NCBI GenBank assembly: GCA_021324685.1
Contig: JAJPIQ010000032.1
Location: 2,878-66,877, forward strand
Length of the DNA: 64,000 nt
Source: Bacteroidota bacterium
Lineage (GTDB): Bacteria; Bacteroidota; Ignavibacteria; Palsa-1295
Reading direction: 5' to 3'
Below are positions 1 through 12,271 of this stretch, piece after piece. The translations under genes and the position numbers were made by a program. The first letter of the stretch is position 1, and each line of letters begins with the position of its first letter. The notes under the pieces are model-generated. The model made no database searches. It was not told where the DNA came from and saw only the letters and a program-made list of their open reading frames with translations.

Positions 1-2
1 AG

Positions 3-3000
3 CAAGACCCCAGCGTCCCCTTTGCGTATTACACCGTGGTCGGCAGCCCGACGCTCACCGACGCGCCGTATTTCGTGCTCGGGGTCCAGAACATGACGCA
101 CCAGAGCTGCCTGACGACCGACGTCTGGTGGGACGAACTGCGGCTCCTGCAAGCGAACGACCAGGCGGGGCTCGCATGGAACGGTTCCACGGAACTGAAA
201 TTGGCCGAGTTCGGCAAGATCGATGCCGGCATCGTCGATGAGAGTGCCGATTTTCACCGGGTCGATGAGCGGTTCAATACCACGCGCTCGACGAACTTCA
301 ACTGGAACGTCACCGGCGTTTTCGGCATGGAAAAGATCCTTCCAAAATGGATGGAGGACAAACAATCGAAACTTCCGCTGACGGTCTCGCATGCAGAGTC
401 CATCATTACGCCGAAATATATTGTCAATACCGACGAGAATCTCGCCAATGCGATTACGACGATCCAAAATGCCTCCGGCTATACGGCGACCGAAAAACAA
501 AATCTGATCGACTCGCTCACGACGAACAACCAGACGCTGCAGGTCAAGAACTCGATCGGGCTGAGCGACATCGCGCTCCGGTTCCCAGGTTCCTTCTTCC
601 TCCTTCCGGCGTTCGTCAACCGGCTCGATTTCGGATTCGGTTATGGCGAAGCGTACCTGCGCTCGCCGCAGTACCAATACGATTATACGTGGTCGTGGAC
701 GGCTTCCGCGCGGTATTCGTTGCCGCCGTTACCGGGGCTCGGCATTATGCCGCTCACGTGGTGGGGGACCACGACGCCCATCATCGGGCCGTACTCGCAG
801 TGGAAGATCAATCTGTTGCCGAGCAATGTCTCCTTCGCCGTCGCCGCGACGCGCGGGCGGGACCATTCGCTGACGCAGCTTTCCACGCTCACGCTGCCGC
901 CGGAAGGAACCCATCAGGATACACTGAACGTGCTTCAAAGCCGGGTGCCGCTCGTAAACCGCGTCTTCACGGCGACGCGCGGCATGCAGATCAACTGGAA
1001 GCCGTTCGAGGGCGGCCTGCTTTCGCCGGCGTTCGATTATTCGCTCGATGTTTCGAGCAATCTCGTGCCGCTCGAGACCTATACCGTTTTCAACAAGCCG
1101 ACGAGCTACGATGCGAACGGAGACCCGATCTATAATTATGACAGCGTCTATTACTACCAGCGGAGCCTGCACGATATCGAGAGCGATATTTTTCTCAAGA
1201 ACGGCGCGCTCGTACGGCCGGGGATCGATTTTAACGAGAGCCAGAAGGTCCATATGGGGACTTCTCCGCGCCTGCCCGGACTTTTTGGGGTTGAAAAGTT
1301 GGTGCGCCCGGTCTTCGATTACCGGGTCGAATATAAATGGCTGAACGCGCAAACGGGGCTTCAGAACGCGAAGCAGTCGGCCTGGAACAATACGATCACG
1401 ACCGGACTGGAATTCAACCTTCGGGACCTGGGAATTTTATTGTTCGGAAAGCCTTTGGGCGAAGAACCGCCCCAGCGCGGCCGCGGGCGGGAACGCGAGC
1501 GCGGCGAACTCGGCGTAACGCCGGAAGAACTTCCGAACCGCGGTGGGGAAGAGCGGGAATCGCCGCCCTCGCCGCCGAACGAAGAGCCGCGTAACCAGGT
1601 CGAGCGCGGCGAGCACATGCGTCCGCAGGCGCGGCCTAATCCGCTCGGTCGCTCGCAATATATTACCGATACGCTACATACGCCGGGTGTAAAGAACGTT
1701 CCGACCCCGATCGACACGAACAAGGTCCACAGCCGTGGCGTGGGAACCCAGGGAGAAATCGACCGCGAATATACGATCGATACGACGCTGACGCCGGAAG
1801 CGCCGCCCGTCCTTGCGCCGCAGCCGCCCGAGGTGGTCGAGGAAGTTCCTGAAACGCCGCCCATCACATTCAAGCAGGTATTGCAGAATGTGATCCAGAA
1901 GCCGCTTTTCGATTGGAACGGGACGCGGCTCAACTTTACGCAGACGAATTCGAGCCTGAACAATGCGCTTGCGGGCGATGGACCGGGCATCACGAATTTC
2001 CTCGCGCGCGGATTTTTTGCGCCGGAGGACGACCAGAATGGCCCTTCGCGAGCGTACCAACTCGGCCTTATTACCGATCCGGCCGGCCGGCTGCTCTTCC
2101 ATTGGAATAATGCGTTCCCATGGCTTACCTTTTCTGTACGGCATGGGCTGCGAGCACCGGACCCGTATGGTGGAAACGTGGACGTCACCGATGCTTTCAA
2201 CGAAACGAATAACTTCGAGCTTACGACGAGCCGGCCGCTCTGGAGCGGGGCCTCGATCAACCTGAACTGGAAAGTCTCGTTCGGTTACGCCGAGCAGGAC
2301 GCGCTCCGGATCGACCAATATGGTTACCCCAATCTACTCTATACCGTGAAGTCGGGCGACATCTCACGGACCTTCTTTTCGATCCCGCCACTGCCTTTTA
2401 TCGGCTCCAGTATTTTGCAGAGCGGCATCCTGCGCGTCGGCCAGAAGTACGATGAGATGGTCATCAATGCAGAGCGGGGAATGGGGATCGCCAATCCGAC
2501 GGCCGATACCGCTCGGTTCGTGCTGCCGACACAGCTCCACAACCAGATCGAGCAGAACGCCTTCATGCAGGGCTTCGAAACGCTGCCTTTCTTTACGAGC
2601 TGGCTGCGCGAATACCTGCCACGGCTCAATTATTCGTTTAGCTGGACCGGCATGGAAAAATTCCCACTCTTTAGTTTTGCCGATCACGTCGGGTTCCGCA
2701 GTGCGTATACGGGGACGTACCGGCGTTCGTTCAACCAGAACCCGGGCGATACGCTCGACCTTACGACCCTGCAGACGATCGTCTATGGCTTTCGGCCGCT
2801 CATCGCGCTCGATATGTCCTGGGACAAATTATGGAACGGTCGCCTGACCTCGAGCGTGAACTACGATTCCCAGACCGAGTGGGCCGCCGATTATGCTTCG
2901 ACCCGTATTACAAAGCGGCTTTCCACGACCGTCGGAGTGACCGCTAACTATTCCCGTCAGGGACTGGTAATTCCGTTCCTGAAACTGAATCTCAAGAACG

Positions 3001-3272
3001 AATTCGGGGCGAGCTTTACGCTCAGCGAGACGATCTCCGAGGACAGTTACTATAACTTCTGGACCATCAGCACCGATAATCCCGGTGGCATTAGCAACGG
3101 TGGCCTGACGAAGACGACGATCGAGCCGCGCGTGACCTACAACGTGAGCCAGCAGCTTACGATGGAGGCGTTCTATCACTACGAGCGGACAACTCCCGCG
3201 GCCAGCGGACTCATCAGTCCACCGACACGGCTCATCGAAGCTGGATTCGATATTAAACTAAAGATTCAGTAA
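3..3272 (+). CDS. sprA: SprA/Sov-like T9SS outer-membrane translocon, C-terminal part (5' truncated by window)
   Basis: Open frame from window start; SprA-like segments (GSPTL, VWWDELRL, PKY, PLIALD); beta-strand-rich C-terminus ending IEAGFDIKLKIQ. Confidence 0.75.
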   Translation, partial: QDPSVPFAYYTVVGSPTLTDAPYFVLGVQNMTHQSCLTTDVWWDELRLLQANDQAGLAWNGSTELKLAEFGKIDAGIVDESADFHRVDERFNTTRSTNFNWNVTGVFGMEKILPKWMEDKQSKLPLTVSHAESIITPKYIVNTDENLANAITTIQNASGYTATEKQNLIDSLTTNNQTLQVKNSIGLSDIALRFPGSFFLLPAFVNRLDFGFGYGEAYLRSPQYQYDYTWSWTASARYSLPPLPGLGIMPLTWWGTTTPIIGPYSQWKINLLPSNVSFAVAATRGRDHSLTQLSTLTLPPEGTHQDTLNVLQSRVPLVNRVFTATRGMQINWKPFEGGLLSPAFDYSLDVSSNLVPLETYTVFNKPTSYDANGDPIYNYDSVYYYQRSLHDIESDIFLKNGALVRPGIDFNESQKVHMGTSPRLPGLFGVEKLVRPVFDYRVEYKWLNAQTGLQNAKQSAWNNTITTGLEFNLRDLGILLFGKPLGEEPPQRGRGRERERGELGVTPEELPNRGGEERESPPSPPNEEPRNQVERGEHMRPQARPNPLGRSQYITDTLHTPGVKNVPTPIDTNKVHSRGVGTQGEIDREYTIDTTLTPEAPPVLAPQPPEVVEEVPETPPITFKQVLQNVIQKPLFDWNGTRLNFTQTNSSLNNALAGDGPGITNFLARGFFAPEDDQNGPSRAYQLGLITDPAGRLLFHWNNAFPWLTFSVRHGLRAPDPYGGNVDVTDAFNETNNFELTTSRPLWSGASINLNWKVSFGYAEQDALRIDQYGYPNLLYTVKSGDISRTFFSIPPLPFIGSSILQSGILRVGQKYDEMVINAERGMGIANPTADTARFVLPTQLHNQIEQNAFMQGFETLPFFTSWLREYLPRLNYSFSWTGMEKFPLFSFADHVGFRSAYTGTYRRSFNQNPGDTLDLTTLQTIVYGFRPLIALDMSWDKLWNGRLTSSVNYDSQTEWAADYASTRITKRLSTTVGVTANYSRQGLVIPFLKLNLKNEFGASFTLSETISEDSYYNFWTISTDNPGGISNGGLTKTTIEPRVTYNVSQQLTMEAFYHYERTTPAASGLISPPTRLIEAGFDIKLKIQ

Positions 3273-3357
3273 TGGTCTGAATTTGTTTTTGGATTACAGA
3301 CCAGGCATTGTAATCCTGAAATCGGAATTCTTCTTTCTCTGCTACTCGTTTCAAATG

Positions 3358-3468
3358 ATCTTCCGATAGGGGTGCTGCTCGTCATTCGAGCGGCTGAGAG
3401 ATACCCTTCGTAGCAGCACCGTGCTACACGGACCCGATCTGGATAATGCCAGCGTGGGGAAAGCGGAA
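3358..3468 (+). promoter_or_regulatory. TPP riboswitch
   Basis: GGGGTGC...GGCTGAGAG-ATACCC...GACCCGATCTGGATAATGCCAGCGTGGGGAA directly upstream of the thiamine operon. Confidence 0.93.
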
Positions 3469-4317
3469 ATGACTCCTTCCAAAGCTCATCGTAATTTTTC
3501 TACTTCGACCGGTCGCTCTCTGAGCGACCCTCCGCCGATTGCCCTTGCCATTGGCGGTTCCGATCCCACGGGTGGCGCCGGTATTCAGGCCGATCTTAAG
3601 ACGTTCAGTCAACTCGGCGTTCATGGGCTGAGTGTTGTCACAGCGGTCACGGTCCAGAATACGCGCGGCGTTCTTTCGACCAATCCCGTCCATGCGGACA
3701 TCGTCGAAGCTCAACTTGCCGCCCTCGGAGAGGACGTAACGATCGATGCTATTAAGATCGGAATGCTTACGTCGGCAAAGGTCGTGCGGATCGTCTCGGA
3801 CTTTGTGCGCGCTCAGCAGGTTCCCACGGTGCTCGATCCGGTCTTAGCATCGTCGAACGGCGTTCCTTTTTTGGACGGTGCCGCAAAGGAGGCGCTTGTA
3901 CGAGAGTTGTGTCCCTGGGCGTCGATCGTCACTCCTAATCTTTTCGAAGCGTCGGTATGGACCAACATGGAGATTGCTTCGGAACAGGATATGCAGAACG
4001 CGGCCCTTCGGCTCATCGAAGCGGGAGCGAAAAATGTGCTCGTCAAAGGCGGACACGGCGACGGTGAAGAATCGCGGGATCTTTTTATGGGCGAACGCGA
4101 GACCGAATGGCTTTCCGCGCCGCGTAGCACGAAACGCGTTCATGGCACCGGCTGCGTGCTGGCTTCTGCCATCGCCGCATCGCTCGCACAGGGAGATCCC
4201 ATGCTTACCGCCGTGCGCCGCGCCAAAAGTTTTACTACTCGAATGATCGAGCGCGCCGTGGCCCTGGGGGCCGGGCAGGAAATTTTTCAATTCATGTCGC
4301 AGGAGACTGTCGTTTAA
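3469..4317 (+). CDS. thiD: Hydroxymethylpyrimidine/phosphomethylpyrimidine kinase
   Basis: GSDPTGGAGIQADLKTF, TPNLFEA, HGTGC motifs; start moved to ATG 3469 because 3421 is inside the riboswitch. Confidence 0.93.
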   Translation: MTPSKAHRNFSTSTGRSLSDPPPIALAIGGSDPTGGAGIQADLKTFSQLGVHGLSVVTAVTVQNTRGVLSTNPVHADIVEAQLAALGEDVTIDAIKIGMLTSAKVVRIVSDFVRAQQVPTVLDPVLASSNGVPFLDGAAKEALVRELCPWASIVTPNLFEASVWTNMEIASEQDMQNAALRLIEAGAKNVLVKGGHGDGEESRDLFMGERETEWLSAPRSTKRVHGTGCVLASAIAASLAQGDPMLTAVRRAKSFTTRMIERAVALGAGQEIFQFMSQETVV

Positions 4318-4339
4318 TCTTACGGACACTATCGTTTAA

Positions 4340-6259
<1,920 letters not shown>

Positions 6260-6270
6260 CGTTCCAGGGA

Positions 6271-7371
6271 ATGATTGAAACGAAACCTCATCTGATCATC
6301 GGTGGCGGCATCATGGGTCTTTCGATCGGCTGCCGGATGCTGCGCGAAGGTCTCTCTCCGGTTGAAATATTCGAAGCGGGGGAGATCGGGCGTTCCAGTG
6401 CCGCATGGGTGGCGGCGGGAATGCTTTCGCCGCGCGCCGAAGCGGGGTTCGAGGACATGGATATTTACGAAGAGGGCCTTCGCAGCCTTGAACGCTACCC
6501 GTCGTTTTTGGCGGCGCTGCAAGAGGAGGTCGGCGAGATCGTTCCCGAGATCGACCGTTGCGGAGCGCTCCTGTGCGCAACGAACCGCGACCAGGCGCGG
6601 GAACTCGATCGGCAATTCGAGTTCCGAATGCGAATGGGGATCCCGGTGCAAAAACTCTCCGGGGAGGAAGCGCGGGACCGCGAGCCGCTGCTGGCGACGA
6701 AGGTCATCGCTGCGCTCTGGCTGGAAGCCGATGCACAGATCAACAATCGAACGTTGCTGCATGCGCTCCGTGAAGCGTTTGTGAAACGCGGCGGGACCGT
6801 TCGCGAGCATACGCCGGTATCCGAAATTATCGTTAAGGATGGCGAAGCCATCGGAGTCCGCACGGGCGACGAAGAACGGCCCTGCGAAACGATCACGGTG
6901 GCCGCGGGCGCATGGTCTTCGAGGATCGGCGGAGGCTCGCGAAGCGTGGCGGTCCGTCCGGTAAAAGGGCAAATGATCGGGCTTCGAATGACGCCGCAGT
7001 CGCGCCTGCGGCAACCGGTCCGAACGCCGAACGTTTATTTAGTTCCGAAGGACGATGGCCGGCTGCTGGTCGGTGCCACGGCCGAAGAAGTGGGGTTCGA
7101 TGCACGCGTGATCGCGGGAAACGTCATGGAGCTCCTGCACCATGCCTGGGAACTCGTGCCCGCGATCTATGACCTCGAGGTGGAAGAAGTGCTCGCAGGG
7201 TTCCGCCCGGCTACCCGGGACCATCGTGCGGTCATGGGCCGCTCGAACGTTCACAATCTTTTTTACTGCACGGGCCATTGGCGCCATGGAATTCTGATGG
7301 CGCCGATGGCGGCCGATACGGTTGTGAACGCTATGCTGGAGGCTAAAACGGAGCTTGCGGAGCCATGCTAA
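6271..7371 (+). CDS. thiO: Glycine oxidase
   Basis: IIGGGIMG FAD motif, AAGML, PVKGQ, GHWRHGIL; operon context. Confidence 0.92.
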   Translation: MIETKPHLIIGGGIMGLSIGCRMLREGLSPVEIFEAGEIGRSSAAWVAAGMLSPRAEAGFEDMDIYEEGLRSLERYPSFLAALQEEVGEIVPEIDRCGALLCATNRDQARELDRQFEFRMRMGIPVQKLSGEEARDREPLLATKVIAALWLEADAQINNRTLLHALREAFVKRGGTVREHTPVSEIIVKDGEAIGVRTGDEERPCETITVAAGAWSSRIGGGSRSVAVRPVKGQMIGLRMTPQSRLRQPVRTPNVYLVPKDDGRLLVGATAEEVGFDARVIAGNVMELLHHAWELVPAIYDLEVEEVLAGFRPATRDHRAVMGRSNVHNLFYCTGHWRHGILMAPMAADTVVNAMLEAKTELAEPC

Positions 7372-7571
7372 ACCTTATTATTTCTGGCGAACGAAAAGAT
7401 ATCGCGGCACAGAGCGCGGAGGATTTGCTTGCGGCACTTTCGCTGCCTGCCGACGGGCGGGGGATCGCGATCGCGATTAACGATGCCGTGGTCCCGAGAT
7501 CGAAATGGCCTGAACAGAAACTTGCGGACGGCGATCGGATCGAAATTGTGCGCGCCGTCCAGGGAGGATAA
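7365..7571 (+). CDS. thiS: Sulfur carrier protein
   Basis: 68 aa, ends [10 protein letters not shown]. Confidence 0.95.
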   Translation: MLNLIISGERKDIAAQSAEDLLAALSLPADGRGIAIAINDAVVPRSKWPEQKLADGDRIEIVRAVQGG

Positions 7572-8353
7572 TGCGTATGAAGGATGATTTGCAGATCGGC
7601 GACCGTCATTTCACGTCGCGTCTTATTTTGGGAACCGCGCGGTACCCGAATCCGGAAACGATGCTGGAGTGTATTGCGGCCAGTGGGACCGAAATGGTTA
7701 CTGTTGCCGTACGCCGGTATAATTTACAAGACCGGTCCGCGGAAAGCATCCTGGGCCTGCTCCGAAGCGGAGCGTTCCATCTGTTGCCGAATACCGCCGG
7801 CTGCTACACGGCCAAAGAGGCTGTGCTGACGGCCGAGCTGGCCCGCGAAGCGCTCGAAACGAATTGGATCAAGCTCGAAGTCATTGGCGATGACGAAACG
7901 CTGATGCCGGACGTGACGGAACTTCTGAAAGCTGCTTCACAACTGATCGCCCTCGGCTTTACCGTCCTGCCCTATACGAGTGACGATCCCGTGACCGCGC
8001 GCAAGCTGGCCGATATGGGCTGCGCGGCGGTGATGCCGCTCGGTGCGCCGATCGGGTCCGGCGGTGGCATCCGGAATCCGGCGAATCTTTCGATCATTCG
8101 GGAGCTCATTTCCGTTCCCATGATCGTCGATGCCGGTATTGGGACGGCCTCTCATGCCGCGCTCGCGATGGAACTCGGCGCCGACGCCATTTTACTCAAT
8201 ACCGCGATCTCCGGTGCCGAGCATCCGGCGCACATGGCCCGCGCGATGAAACTCGCCGTCGAAGCCGGCCGTCTTGCACGGATGGCCGGACGTATTCCAG
8301 AACGATTAATGGCCGAACGATCGAGCCCCATCCTGGGGATGATCCATGCTTGA
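7571..8353 (+). CDS. thiG: Thiazole synthase
   Basis: [27 protein letters not shown]. Confidence 0.97.
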   Translation: MRMKDDLQIGDRHFTSRLILGTARYPNPETMLECIAASGTEMVTVAVRRYNLQDRSAESILGLLRSGAFHLLPNTAGCYTAKEAVLTAELAREALETNWIKLEVIGDDETLMPDVTELLKAASQLIALGFTVLPYTSDDPVTARKLADMGCAAVMPLGAPIGSGGGIRNPANLSIIRELISVPMIVDAGIGTASHAALAMELGADAILLNTAISGAEHPAHMARAMKLAVEAGRLARMAGRIPERLMAERSSPILGMIHA

Positions 8354-8963
8354 CTTTAAATTATATGCGATCGCGGAACGCGCGCTCCTTTCCGATATCG
8401 GAACGTTTGCCGAACAGGCGACGAGGCACGGGCTGCGGGCGTTACGCCTGAGGGACATCGAGCCGCTGCACAGCGAGGATGAAATGGCGAGCGTTCCCAC
8501 TCCCAACGTCCGGAATCTTTTTGTTACCTGGCAGAAGGAAGGCGACGGGATGAAGATGGTTCCATCGCGCGTTCGGGGCGTTCACCTCCCGGAGCGCATG
8601 ATCGAAAAAGCGCAAACCATAAAAAGCTCCTTTCCGAATATGCTCGTTGGGGCAAGCGTGCATTCCGTCGATAGGGCGGAGCGCGCAGCGGAACACGGGG
8701 CCGATTTCCTGACTTTTGGACCCGTGTTCGAAACGCCCTCGAAGCGTGCCCTGGGATTTGGGCCGCAGGGATTAGACATGCTGAAGGCCGTGGTGAATGC
8801 CGTGAACGTTCCAGTCCTCGCGATCGGTGGCATCACGCCCGCCGGCGCGCGAGCCTGTCTCGAGCACGGAGCCTGGGGCGTCGCGGTGGTGCGCGACCTG
8901 GTGCTGGCTCCTGACCTCGCGGAGCGGCTGGCGGAGTACAAAGCGATATTGGGAACTCTATGA
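8346..8963 (+). CDS. Thiamine phosphate synthase family protein (TenI/ThiE-like)
   Basis: [22 protein letters not shown]; degenerate N-terminal catalytic motifs suggest TenI. Confidence 0.75.
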   Translation: MLDFKLYAIAERALLSDIGTFAEQATRHGLRALRLRDIEPLHSEDEMASVPTPNVRNLFVTWQKEGDGMKMVPSRVRGVHLPERMIEKAQTIKSSFPNMLVGASVHSVDRAERAAEHGADFLTFGPVFETPSKRALGFGPQGLDMLKAVVNAVNVPVLAIGGITPAGARACLEHGAWGVAVVRDLVLAPDLAERLAEYKAILGTL

Positions 8964-9589
8964 AACGGCTGACCGGCTTGCATGTCATCGTGGGCGGCGA
9001 AGATCTCGCCCGCACGCTCGAACTTGCACGCATCGCGCAAGAGAGCGGTGCGGCCGTCGTTCAATTCCGAAATAAGACCGCACCGAGGGACGTACTGCTC
9101 GATACCGCTATTGCGCTTCGAAAACTATTGCGCCATACGACATTCATCGTCAACGATCATGTCGATATTGCGCAGGAAGTCTGTGCGGATGGGGTCCATC
9201 TCGGGCAGGACGATCTGCCGATCTCGAAAGCGCGTGCACGGATGGGACCGAATGCGATCATCGGCGGTTCGACATCGAACGTTGAACAAGCCGTGCGTGC
9301 CGAGTCCGATGGTGCTGATTACGTTGGCTTTGGGCACCTGTTCGCGACGCGATCGAAAATAAAGACAACCCCGCCAAAGACCATGGAAGAATTGCGATCG
9401 ATTGTTCAGTCTGTTTCGATCCCCGTGATTGCCATCGGAGGAATCACGGAGTATAATATGAAGGACGTCCTCGTCGAGGGATTAGGGGGCATTGCCCTGA
9501 TCCGTGCCATTGCGGAATCGCAAACGCCTCGGGAAACGATTCGGAATTTTGTGGAACGCCTTAAAGACCACGATGCCATTTACGCCTGA
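8960..9589 (+). CDS. thiE: Thiamine phosphate synthase
   Basis: QFRNK, IVND, GVHLGQDD, AIGGIT. Confidence 0.92.
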   Translation: MKRLTGLHVIVGGEDLARTLELARIAQESGAAVVQFRNKTAPRDVLLDTAIALRKLLRHTTFIVNDHVDIAQEVCADGVHLGQDDLPISKARARMGPNAIIGGSTSNVEQAVRAESDGADYVGFGHLFATRSKIKTTPPKTMEELRSIVQSVSIPVIAIGGITEYNMKDVLVEGLGGIALIRAIAESQTPRETIRNFVERLKDHDAIYA

Positions 9590-10637
9590 AGAACTGGAAC
9601 GATATTCTCGCCAAACGCGGCTTCCGGAGTTTGGCGTGGAGGGCCAGGAGCGGCTTCGCTCTGCCCGCGTTCTTATCGTCGGCGCCGGAGGTCTGGGTGC
9701 GCCGGCGTCGCTCTATCTGGCCGCAATGGGCGTGGGAACGATCGGCATCATCGACGATGACCGTGTCGCGCCATCGAACCTTCCCAGGCAAATTCTTTTC
9801 CGAGACAAGGACATATCGCGCCCCAAAGCGGAAGTTGCGAAAGAACGCTTATCGGAAGTCTCGCCCAATACTGCCATCGTAACTTTTAACGAACGGCTAA
9901 CGCCCCCAAACGCGCTCGAACGCCTTCGAGGTTTCGATCTTGTTTTGGACGGGACCGATAATTTTTCTACCCGCTACCTTATCAACGATGCCTGCCTGGT
10001 GCTCGGCGTTCCACTCCTATCCGCCTCGATCTTAAAATTCGAAGGGCAACTGGCGGTATTGTGCACGAAGTCCGGTCCTTGTTATCGGTGCCTATTCCCG
10101 GAGATGCCCGAACCTGGAACGGTACCATCGTGTGCCGAGGCGGGAGTGATCGGGGCCCTGGCGGGGGTCATGGGAACGATGATGGCCATGGAAGCCGTAA
10201 AAATCGTTACGAAGGTCGGGGTGCCGCTTTCCGGCATGCTGATATACGATGCCTTATCCGGGAACTTCCGGAGGATGGCACTCGAACGAGACCCACAATG
10301 CGCGGGATGTGCTGTGCCGTTCGGGGAACGGAAACTTCGGGAGTCTTACGATGCCGCGCCGTGCGGGGCCAATGAACTCGAGATTTCCTGGCAGGAATGG
10401 CAGCGGCGCTCGCTTCCCCTCGTCGATGTGCGCGAAGCGTGGGAATTCTCGGAGCGCCCCTCTCCGGGTGTATTAATACCGCTCGGCTCGCTGTTCGAGC
10501 GAATGCAGGAACTGCCACGGGAACCGTTCGGTGTGGTCTGCGCTTCCGGCAGCCGCAGCCTCACCGCGGCAGCGCTGCTCAAAAGTAAGGGATTCGCTGC
10601 CGTAAGTATACGCGGAGGAATTCGTTCCAAACCCTGA
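9573..10637 (+). CDS. thiF: ThiF/MoeB adenylyltransferase with C-terminal rhodanese domain
   Basis: RYSRQ, GAGGLG, PCYRC, DPQCAGC, VCASGSRS; start set at MPFTPEE. Confidence 0.85.
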   Translation: MPFTPEELERYSRQTRLPEFGVEGQERLRSARVLIVGAGGLGAPASLYLAAMGVGTIGIIDDDRVAPSNLPRQILFRDKDISRPKAEVAKERLSEVSPNTAIVTFNERLTPPNALERLRGFDLVLDGTDNFSTRYLINDACLVLGVPLLSASILKFEGQLAVLCTKSGPCYRCLFPEMPEPGTVPSCAEAGVIGALAGVMGTMMAMEAVKIVTKVGVPLSGMLIYDALSGNFRRMALERDPQCAGCAVPFGERKLRESYDAAPCGANELEISWQEWQRRSLPLVDVREAWEFSERPSPGVLIPLGSLFERMQELPREPFGVVCASGSRSLTAAALLKSKGFAAVSIRGGIRSKP

Positions 10638-11296
10638 TGCCAACGTTATTTTTAACCGGTGCGACCGGTGCCGTGGGTGCCGCCATTCGCAGACATTATC
10701 TGTCCAATGGCTGGAGTGTTGCAGGATTTTCCCATTCCGACGATGGTTTTTCGCAGGAGGGATACCGGTTCTGGTCCATGAACGCAAGCGATGAGGCGGC
10801 GGTCGAGCAAACTTTTTCCATTGCGTCGCGCGAACTCGGCGCTCCGCGGGCGCTCATCGCGACCGTCGGCGGCGTTCGTTCCTGGAAAACGGTGGAGGAG
10901 ACACCGCTCGAAGATTTTCGTGCGCTCTTCGAGCTTAATCTTGTGACTTTTTTCCTGACGGCAAAGCATGCCTTTCGATTGATGCAGGAAGAGGGAACGG
11001 TTGTTTCCATTGGCGCCCGGCCTCCCGATGCAAAAACCAGTGGGTACGCCGCGTCCAAGGCCGGTGTCATCGCGCTGACGCAGGTCTTGGCGGAAGAGGG
11101 GAAGTCGCGGCGCATCAATGCGAATTGTATCGTTCCCACGATCATTCGTACGAAGGCAAACGAGGAGTGGGGCGATCCCGCGGACTTCGAAAAATGGACA
11201 AAACCGGAAGATATCGCCGCGCTCTGTTTTTTTCTTAGCAGTGAAGCCGGCAAAGCGGTGAACGGTGCGGTGATCCGCATGCCGAATCGCCTTTGA
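10637..11296 (+). CDS. SDR family oxidoreductase
   Basis: TGATGAVG, YAASK. Confidence 0.9.
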   Translation: MPTLFLTGATGAVGAAIRRHYLSNGWSVAGFSHSDDGFSQEGYRFWSMNASDEAAVEQTFSIASRELGAPRALIATVGGVRSWKTVEETPLEDFRALFELNLVTFFLTAKHAFRLMQEEGTVVSIGARPPDAKTSGYAASKAGVIALTQVLAEEGKSRRINANCIVPTIIRTKANEEWGDPADFEKWTKPEDIAALCFFLSSEAGKAVNGAVIRMPNRL

Positions 11297-11317
11297 CGAT
11301 TTTATGTTTAGCTGTAT

Positions 11318-11770
11318 ATGACGTTAAAAGACCGAATCAACGAAGACCTGAAGAACGCAATGAAGTCGGGCGACAAAGTGCGCACCGAGACCATTCGGAG
11401 CTTGCGCGCCGCGATCATTGAATTCGAAAAAAGCGGTGCCGGCCGTGAAATGACGGCCGACGAGGAGATCAAGGCGCTTACCAGCGCGGCAAAAAAACGG
11501 CGTGAAGCGATCGAACTTTACGATAAGAACAATCGCCCGGAACTCGCCGAAAAAGAGCGTTCGGAACTCGCGATCATTCAGGATTACCTGCCGAAACAGC
11601 TTTCGCGGGAAGAGATTATCGCTCGTATTCGCGAAATCATTCGCGAGACCGGCGCCGCCGGGCCGCAGGACGCGAATAAGGTGATGCCGGTCGCGATGAA
11701 GGAAATGAAAGGCCAGGCGGAAGGCAGGGTCGTGCAGGAAGTCGTCAAAGAAGCGCTCGCCGGATCGTGA
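11318..11770 (+). CDS. yqeY: GatB/YqeY domain protein
   Basis: LKDRINEDLKNAMKS, YLPKQLS. Confidence 0.9.
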   Translation: MTLKDRINEDLKNAMKSGDKVRTETIRSLRAAIIEFEKSGAGREMTADEEIKALTSAAKKRREAIELYDKNNRPELAEKERSELAIIQDYLPKQLSREEIIARIREIIRETGAAGPQDANKVMPVAMKEMKGQAEGRVVQEVVKEALAGS

Positions 11771-12255
11771 CGCTGGATATTATTCTGCTCGTCCTTCTCG
11801 CCGTTGCGACCTATAGCGGTTGGCGGTCGGGCGCTGTTGCGATGGTCATTTCGGTTCTGGTGCTCGTTGTTGCTGTTATTCTTGCCTCCGCCCTCGCAGC
11901 AAGAGTCGGCGCACTCGTCCATATCGGTTCCCCGTGGGCGTGGCCGATCGTTGGCTTTGTTTTTACATTCCTTGTTCTTGTGATCCTGGGCAGTTGGCTG
12001 CGGCGATTTTTTCGGCCAAAGCACGGGCTCCTGAGGAGCATGGACGGATTGTTCGGTGCGGTCCTGGGTTTTGCGCGTGGCGCGATCGTCCTCGCCTTGT
12101 TGGCAGCGCTTTTCGATCTCATTCATCTTCCTCCGGAACGCATGACACAGGGTTCCCATATTTATCCGGTCCTCCTCAAAATTTCAACGATGCTCATCGC
12201 GGTGCTCCGTCCGTATATTACGGCTCCGGGCGCGCAGAGCGGCCTGCCGGTATAA
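11767..12255 (+). CDS. cvpA: CvpA family membrane protein
   Basis: Four hydrophobic segments, DGLFGAVLGFARG; usual neighbour of mutS2. Confidence 0.8.
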   Translation: MTLDIILLVLLAVATYSGWRSGAVAMVISVLVLVVAVILASALAARVGALVHIGSPWAWPIVGFVFTFLVLVILGSWLRRFFRPKHGLLRSMDGLFGAVLGFARGAIVLALLAALFDLIHLPPERMTQGSHIYPVLLKISTMLIAVLRPYITAPGAQSGLPV

Positions 12256-12271
12256 CTCCTTCCTCCGCTGC

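Noticed and set aside
3421-3468. thiD start at 3421
   Set aside because: Lies inside the riboswitch aptamer.
8346-9589. Tandem thiE-like genes as a novelty
   Set aside because: ThiE plus TenI-like pairs are common in thiO/thiG operons.
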